Origin: Pseudomonadota bacterium
Lineage (GTDB): Bacteria; Bdellovibrionota_G; JALEGL01; DATDPG01
Assembly: GCA_043804515.1 (NCBI GenBank)
Contig: JAZDIZ010000192.1
Location: 1 to 10,736 of the forward strand
Reading direction: 5' to 3'
DNA: 10,736 nucleotides
Below the pieces are notes generated by a model that was given only the letters and a program-made list of their open reading frames with translations, made no database searches and was not told the origin of the DNA. A program made the position numbers and the translations under genes. Of this stretch, positions 5,952-10,736 are shown piece after piece (position 1 is the stretch's first letter; every line of letters begins with the position of its first letter).

Positions 5952-7786
5952 GAGCCTCCCCCCAGATAAGCCTCGATGACCTTTTTTGCGATCGGGGCCG
6001 CCGCCGACGCGCCGTGCCCTCCGTGTTCCACAAGGACCGAAACCACGATCTTGGGCGCATCCACGGGGGCGAAGGCTACGAACCAGGCGTGGTCCGCAAG
6101 TTTTATCGCCGACAGGCGCCCCACCGCCTGGGCGGTGCCCGTCTTCCCGGCGATCTGCACCAGCTTCGAACGCGCCGACCAATACCCCGTGCCGCCTTCC
6201 TCGTTCACGACCGCACCAAGGGCCTCCCGGATCAATGCCACATCGTTCGGCGGAAGCTCCAGCACCTTTCGGACGCCGCCGGGATATTCTTCCACCGGTT
6301 TCTTTTCGTCATCCTGTGTCCTCAGGGCGATGCGCGGGCGATACACTTTCCCGCCGTTCACGACCGCCGAAAGCGCCACGGCCATCTGAATCGGCGTGAC
6401 CGAGAGAAATCCCTGCCCGATGGCGACGGACAGAGTCTCCCCCCCGACCCACGGGATTCCATAAGTCTTGAGCTTCCACGCTTCCGTGGGAACCAGGCCG
6501 GATTCCTCCCGATTGATGCCGATTTCCGTGGCCTCTCCCAGACCGAATCCCTTCGCGTATTTCGCGATCCGGTCCACCCCCAGGCGCCGCCCCATCTCGT
6601 AGAAATAAACGTCGCACGATTCCTTGATGGCCCTTCTGAAATCCACCCAGCCGTGCCCTGCCTTCCTCCAGCACCTCTTGGTTTCGCGGCCCAGGCGGTA
6701 GTAGCCGGGGCAGAACAACTTCTCGTCAGGACGCACGACGTGCTCCGAAAGCGCGGCCGCGGCCATGATGATCTTGAACGTGGAGCCGGGAGGATAAACG
6801 CCCCGCAGAGCGCGGTCGTACAAAGGATTCAGCCGATCCTTGACGAGTTCGTTCCAATAATTCGCCGAAACGCCCCGTGCGAACTTCTCCGGCCAATATT
6901 CCGGCCGGCTCACCAAGGCCAGAACGTCACCGTTGTTGGGGTTGAGCGCCACGATGGCGCCTGAAGAGCCGCTGAACGCGGCTTCGGCGGCTTCCTGCAC
7001 TTTCGAGTCGATCGCAAGCACCAGGTCCAGCCCTCGTACCGGATCACGCGGTTTAAAGGCGGGAAGAAGATCCTGGGCCGAGCCCAGTCCCAGCTCCCGG
7101 CCCCTGGCATCTTCGACGTACGGCTGCGACCCGTTCCGCCCCCGGAGGGACACGTCGAATTCCTTCTCGACGCCGGCGATCCCCCAGACATCACCTTGGT
7201 CGTACGTCGTGTTTCCTTCGTCGCGCTCGACCTGGAGGTCCCCCTTGGAAATCTCCCCCAGGTATCCGAGCAAATGGCTTCCGTGGTTGGCGAACGGATA
7301 CGACCGGGCCGGCGAGTCGATGACGTCCAATCCCGGATACTCATATTTTCGGACCTCGATCCTGGCGAGTTCATCCCGAGTCATGTCGTGCTTCACCAGC
7401 ACGGGTTCGTAGGGATTGTTCGCGTGGATACGGGCCTCCACTTTTTCCAAATCCGAATCGTCCAGGCTCAGGAGCCCCCGAAGACGCTCCAGCGTTCCCG
7501 TAAGATCGTCCTCCACGTAATGCCCCCGCAAGCGCAGGTCGAAAGACGCTCGGCTGTCGGCGATCACCCCGCCGTTCCGGTCCAGGATTTTTCCGCGCAT
7601 CGCGGGGATTTTTCGCAGTTCGATGCGGTTCTGCTCGGAGAACTGGCGGTATTTTCTGCCCTCGAAAATCTGCAGGTACCAGATCCGGGCGACGAGAGCG
7701 AAGAACAGGAAAAGGATCAAGCCGTTCACGATCGTGAACTGCGACTTGTACCCGGTTTGCGGTGAAAGCTCTGATACGCGCAGCAT
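5948..7786 (-). CDS. mrdA: Penicillin-binding protein 2 (class B transpeptidase)
   Basis: 612 aa. N-terminal TM anchor, RGKILDRNG, YPPGSTFK (SxxK), ESCDVYFY (SxD), IAGKTGTAQ (KTG) and DHAWFVAFAP motifs. Confidence 0.97.
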   Translation of the reverse strand: MLRVSELSPQTGYKSQFTIVNGLILFLFFALVARIWYLQIFEGRKYRQFSEQNRIELRKIPAMRGKILDRNGGVIADSRASFDLRLRGHYVEDDLTGTLERLRGLLSLDDSDLEKVEARIHANNPYEPVLVKHDMTRDELARIEVRKYEYPGLDVIDSPARSYPFANHGSHLLGYLGEISKGDLQVERDEGNTTYDQGDVWGIAGVEKEFDVSLRGRNGSQPYVEDARGRELGLGSAQDLLPAFKPRDPVRGLDLVLAIDSKVQEAAEAAFSGSSGAIVALNPNNGDVLALVSRPEYWPEKFARGVSANYWNELVKDRLNPLYDRALRGVYPPGSTFKIIMAAAALSEHVVRPDEKLFCPGYYRLGRETKRCWRKAGHGWVDFRRAIKESCDVYFYEMGRRLGVDRIAKYAKGFGLGEATEIGINREESGLVPTEAWKLKTYGIPWVGGETLSVAIGQGFLSVTPIQMAVALSAVVNGGKVYRPRIALRTQDDEKKPVEEYPGGVRKVLELPPNDVALIREALGAVVNEEGGTGYWSARSKLVQIAGKTGTAQAVGRLSAIKLADHAWFVAFAPVDAPKIVVSVLVEHGGHGASAAAPIAKKVIEAYLGGGS

Positions 7787-7795
7787 CCGGCTCCC

Positions 7796-8356
7796 CTACA
7801 GCCCGGAAAGCAGCATCGTCCGGCTCCTCTGGGAGATCGCGCCGCTTAGGGCATCCACGGCCCGGAGAAACCGGAACCAGACCGGCGCCGCCGCTCCGGT
7901 AACGAGAACGGCCCCGATAATCACGTCATACTCGCGCTCGAACGCGCCCGGGATCTGATTGAGGATCTCTCCGGCGCCCAGCTGCAGAATGGCCTGCACG
8001 AGCACCATGGCCCCGGCGAAAACCGCCACGGTCAGATCGTCCTTTAAGAGAAGGTTTCTTCGGAGCCCGCCGCATACGAGCGAGACCAGGAAGAAACTGC
8101 TGGTCAAGGCCCCGTTCCAGGTCGTCCCGAACCAGCTTCCCACGAATCCGATCACGACCGCCCAGATCAGCGTGCCGCTGACGTCCCGATGGAGCGAAAG
8201 ATAAATAAGCGTAAGAAGAGCGAGATTGACCGTCTGGCCCGCAAGAAACGGCAGGCCCAAGCCGCGCGCCAGGACCAGAAACAGACCCGCCAGGAGGGAG
8301 GTCTGAAGGACCCACGCTCCGAACATCACGACACCGAAGGCAATCCAGTTCTTCAT
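7796..8356 (-). CDS. mreD: Rod shape-determining protein MreD
   Basis: 186 aa, highly hydrophobic multi-TM protein. Lies between mreC (ATGA overlap at 8353-8356) and mrdA. The call rests mostly on synteny. Confidence 0.8.
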   Translation of the reverse strand: MKNWIAFGVVMFGAWVLQTSLLAGLFLVLARGLGLPFLAGQTVNLALLTLIYLSLHRDVSGTLIWAVVIGFVGSWFGTTWNGALTSSFFLVSLVCGGLRRNLLLKDDLTVAVFAGAMVLVQAILQLGAGEILNQIPGAFEREYDVIIGAVLVTGAAAPVWFRFLRAVDALSGAISQRSRTMLLSGL

Positions 8357-9165
8357 TCGCGCTTTTCCAAAACGATCGCCACTTCCTCCAAGCGGCTGAA
8401 ATCCACGCTCGGCTTCACGCGCGCCGAAACGAACAACCCCTTCCCGTCCTTTTCGATCCGGGTGACCCTTCCGATCAGCTGGCCTTTGGGATAGATCCCG
8501 TCCAGTCCCGTCGTCATCACCTCATCGCCCACTACAATGTCATCCCCTTTCGTGAGGTACTCGAACGTCAGTTCATTCAGGCCCGATCCCCGAACGATCC
8601 CGCGCGCTCGCGAACGCTGGATCACGCCGTCCGCGGCGCTGTTGAGATCCGAGAGGAGAAGCACGTCGGATACGCGGCCGGAAGCTTCCACCACCTGCCC
8701 GATCACGCCCCCGGGATGCAACACCGCCATCTCCCTCTTCACGCCGTCCGCATTCCCCCGCCGGACCCGGATGGTCCGTTCATACGGCGTGGCGCCGGAG
8801 GCGATGCGCACGGCGAAGAGCAGCTTGAGCCCTTCCCTTTCCCTGAATTCCATGAGACCGCGAAGTCGCCGGTTCTCCTGCTCCACCTCCTTCAGTTCCG
8901 AGAGGCGCCGGACCAGCGCGTTCCTCTCGTCGTACAACGCTCGATTCGTGCGCGATACGCCGATGAGCCGGATATAGTCCTGCCAGACATTCACCGAGCC
9001 CCGGACAGCGGACCAAGCCATGTTCTGAAGCGGGGACGCCAGTACCATCACGAAGCGTTCCGCGGGCGCCAAGCGTGTCTTTTCCTGCGAGCGGAACGAT
9101 AGGATCTGGATCACCAGATAAACCAGGAGAAGAATCGCGACGGCGGGCTTTATCCAACGAGGCAC
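8353..9165 (-). CDS. mreC: Rod shape-determining protein MreC
   Basis: 270 aa. N-terminal TM, coiled coil (EQENRRLRGLM), GVIGQVVE, DIVVGDEVMTTGLDGIYPKG and PSVDFSRLEEV motifs. Confidence 0.95.
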   Translation of the reverse strand: MPRWIKPAVAILLLVYLVIQILSFRSQEKTRLAPAERFVMVLASPLQNMAWSAVRGSVNVWQDYIRLIGVSRTNRALYDERNALVRRLSELKEVEQENRRLRGLMEFREREGLKLLFAVRIASGATPYERTIRVRRGNADGVKREMAVLHPGGVIGQVVEASGRVSDVLLLSDLNSAADGVIQRSRARGIVRGSGLNELTFEYLTKGDDIVVGDEVMTTGLDGIYPKGQLIGRVTRIEKDGKGLFVSARVKPSVDFSRLEEVAIVLEKRE

Positions 9166-9166
9166 G

Positions 9167-10201
9167 TTATTGGATGCATACGCTTTGAAGGAGGGCGGGC
9201 TCGTCCAGCGCGCGCCCCGACCCGAGCACGACCGCCGCCAGAGGGTCCTCCGCGATCATGACCGAAAAGCCCGTCTCCTCCCGCAGGAGCACGTCGATGT
9301 TCCGAAGGAGCGCGCCGCCGCCGGCCAGAACGATCCCTTTGTCCACGATGTCCGCAGCCAATTCGGGAGGCGTCCGCTCGAGCGCGATCAAAACCGCCTC
9401 CACGATCATCCGGAGCGGCTCCGCCAGCGCCTCCCGGATCTCCTCCGACGCGACCTCGATCGTCTTGGGGATGCCGGCCACCATGTCCCTCCCCTTCACT
9501 TCCATTTTCATTTCCTGATCCAGGGCGTACGCCGAGCCGATCGCGATCTTGATCGCCTCCGAGGTCCGCTCCCCGATCATCAGGTTGTACTTTCGCTTGA
9601 GGAAATTCATGATCGCCTCGTCCATCTTGTCCCCGGCCACTCGGATCGACTTGGAATACACGATCCCCGCCAGAGAGATCACGGCCACCTCGGTGGTGCC
9701 TCCCCCCATGTCCACGATCATGTTCCCCGATGGCTCCGTGATGGAGAGTCCCGCGCCGATGGCCGCCGCCATGGGCTCCTCGATCAGAAACACCTCCCGA
9801 GCCCCGGCGGCAACGGCCGATTCCTTGACCGCGCGCTTCTCCACTTCGGTGATGCCGAACGGCACGCAGATGATGATCCGGGGCCGCACGAGTGTTCTGC
9901 GGTTGTGCGCCCGCGCGATAAAGTGCTTGAGCATGGCGCCCGTGATCTCGAAATCGGCGATCACGCCGTCTTTCATCGGGCGCACGGCCGTGATCGAACC
10001 CGGCGTTCGCCCCAGCATCTCCTTGGCCTCCCGGCCGACCGCCACCACCCTCTTTTGGCCTCTGCTGTCTTTGGCTACGGCGACCACGGAGGGTTCGTTC
10101 GAAACAATCCCCTTCCCCTTGACGTAAACGAGGGTATTGGCCGTCCCCAGATCGATGGCTAGATCGTTGGAAAACAGGCCTAAAATGGAATCGAAAAGCA
10201 C
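9167..10201 (-). CDS. mreB: Rod shape-determining actin homolog MreB
   Basis: [45 protein letters not shown] and [11 protein letters not shown] motifs. GTG at 10201 is preferred over TTG at 10219 because it gives the typical [13 protein letters not shown] amphipathic N-terminus (344 aa). Confidence 0.98.
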   Translation of the reverse strand: MLFDSILGLFSNDLAIDLGTANTLVYVKGKGIVSNEPSVVAVAKDSRGQKRVVAVGREAKEMLGRTPGSITAVRPMKDGVIADFEITGAMLKHFIARAHNRRTLVRPRIIICVPFGITEVEKRAVKESAVAAGAREVFLIEEPMAAAIGAGLSITEPSGNMIVDMGGGTTEVAVISLAGIVYSKSIRVAGDKMDEAIMNFLKRKYNLMIGERTSEAIKIAIGSAYALDQEMKMEVKGRDMVAGIPKTIEVASEEIREALAEPLRMIVEAVLIALERTPPELAADIVDKGIVLAGGGALLRNIDVLLREETGFSVMIAEDPLAAVVLGSGRALDEPALLQSVCIQ

Positions 10202-10209
10202 TCGCTCAG

Positions 10210-10274
10210 GTTGTATCAAAGCGCCTGCGCCCCATCAACAAGATCATTGATTTTTAAGGACAAAACACTAGGAT
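10210..10274. promoter_or_regulatory. Back-to-back sigma70-like promoters for mreB (-) and the ppiD-like gene (+)
   Basis: Minus strand: TTGATG (10238-10233), 17 nt, TG-a-TACAAC (10215-10210). Plus strand: TTGATT (10247-10252), 16 nt, TAGGAT (10269-10274). AT-rich intergenic region. Confidence 0.5.
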
Positions 10275-10285
10275 CGCCCTCTCTT

Positions 10286-10736
10286 ATGCTCCAATCCATG
10301 CGCACTGCGGTTTCCTCCTGGACCATCAAGGTCATGCTTTCGGCCCTGATCCTTTCCTTCATCTCCTTCTATGGATGGAGCGCGGGGCAGGGATGCAACC
10401 CCCACATCGCGGCCACGGTAAACGGTTCCACGATCACGATGCGTGACTTGGAAGAGCGGTTCCAGTCGTTCCTGTACAACTACCGGAACCTGGGCCTCCT
10501 CAAGGATGACGCCTCGGACGAAGTGCTCGCGGCGATCCGCGGGAGCGTTCTGAACGGGATGATCAACCAGGAGCTCAAAGTCCAATCGGCGAAGAAGATG
10601 GGGATCCGTGTGCCGGAGGAAGCCGTGCGGGACGTGATCCGGCAACAGTTCTCGACTACGAAGGGGGACTTCGATTTCGACACGTACAAACGGATCCTGG
10701 CCGTGCGACTTCACAAGACACCCGCCACATACGAGG
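10286..10736 (+). CDS. PpiD-like / SurA N-terminal domain periplasmic chaperone, 5' part (runs off the right edge)
   Basis: Absent from the ORF track because it has no stop in the window. Manual translation: MLQSMRTAVSSWTIKVMLSALILSFISFYGW...IAATVNGSTITMRDL...VLNGMINQELKVQSAKKMGIRVPEEAVRDVIRQQF...GDFDFDTYKRIL, which matches the PpiD/SurA_N pattern. Confidence 0.88.
   Translation, partial: MLQSMRTAVSSWTIKVMLSALILSFISFYGWSAGQGCNPHIAATVNGSTITMRDLEERFQSFLYNYRNLGLLKDDASDEVLAAIRGSVLNGMINQELKVQSAKKMGIRVPEEAVRDVIRQQFSTTKGDFDFDTYKRILAVRLHKTPATYE

Noticed and set aside
9170..10162. Long antisense ORFs over core genes (e.g. 9170-10162, 6014-6964, 5259-5969, 1504-2412, 785-1594, 10268-10714)
   Set aside because: These are shadow ORFs expected opposite GC-rich coding genes. 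They have Arg/His/Pro-rich, motif-free translations and overlap well-supported genes.
4848..10201. mreBCD-mrdA-rodA operon as a novel system
   Set aside because: Canonical elongasome operon with ordinary translational coupling. The 6182 (rodA) and 10219 (mreB) starts in the ORF track are probably over-extensions.

Overview
GC-rich bacterial chromosomal window. Gene content and order suggest a former-Deltaproteobacteria lineage such as Bdellovibrionota or Myxococcota (inference). Left, minus strand: a DUF4388-like/J-domain/TPR co-chaperone gene, a CcsA/HemX-like membrane protein gene and hemA, which runs off the window and carries a +1 frameshift in a G6 run. Thioredoxin trxA is transcribed divergently. 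It is followed by a small, AT-richer accessory patch: a RelB/CopG-like antitoxin with a perfect palindromic operator, a RelE-family toxin with a stop codon at a conserved Arg position, and an orphan secreted protein with a CxxC motif. Converging from the right is a complete elongasome operon (mreB-mreC-mreD-mrdA-rodA), and a divergent PpiD/SurA-N-domain gene runs off the right end. Most of the window is housekeeping. The most noteworthy items are the disarmed TA plus orphan patch, a J-domain protein with tandem MshEN-like motifs heading the heme operon, the hemA frameshift, and repeated promoter-abutting start codons lacking a Shine-Dalgarno (SD) sequence. I see no clear evidence of a large novel multi-gene system.
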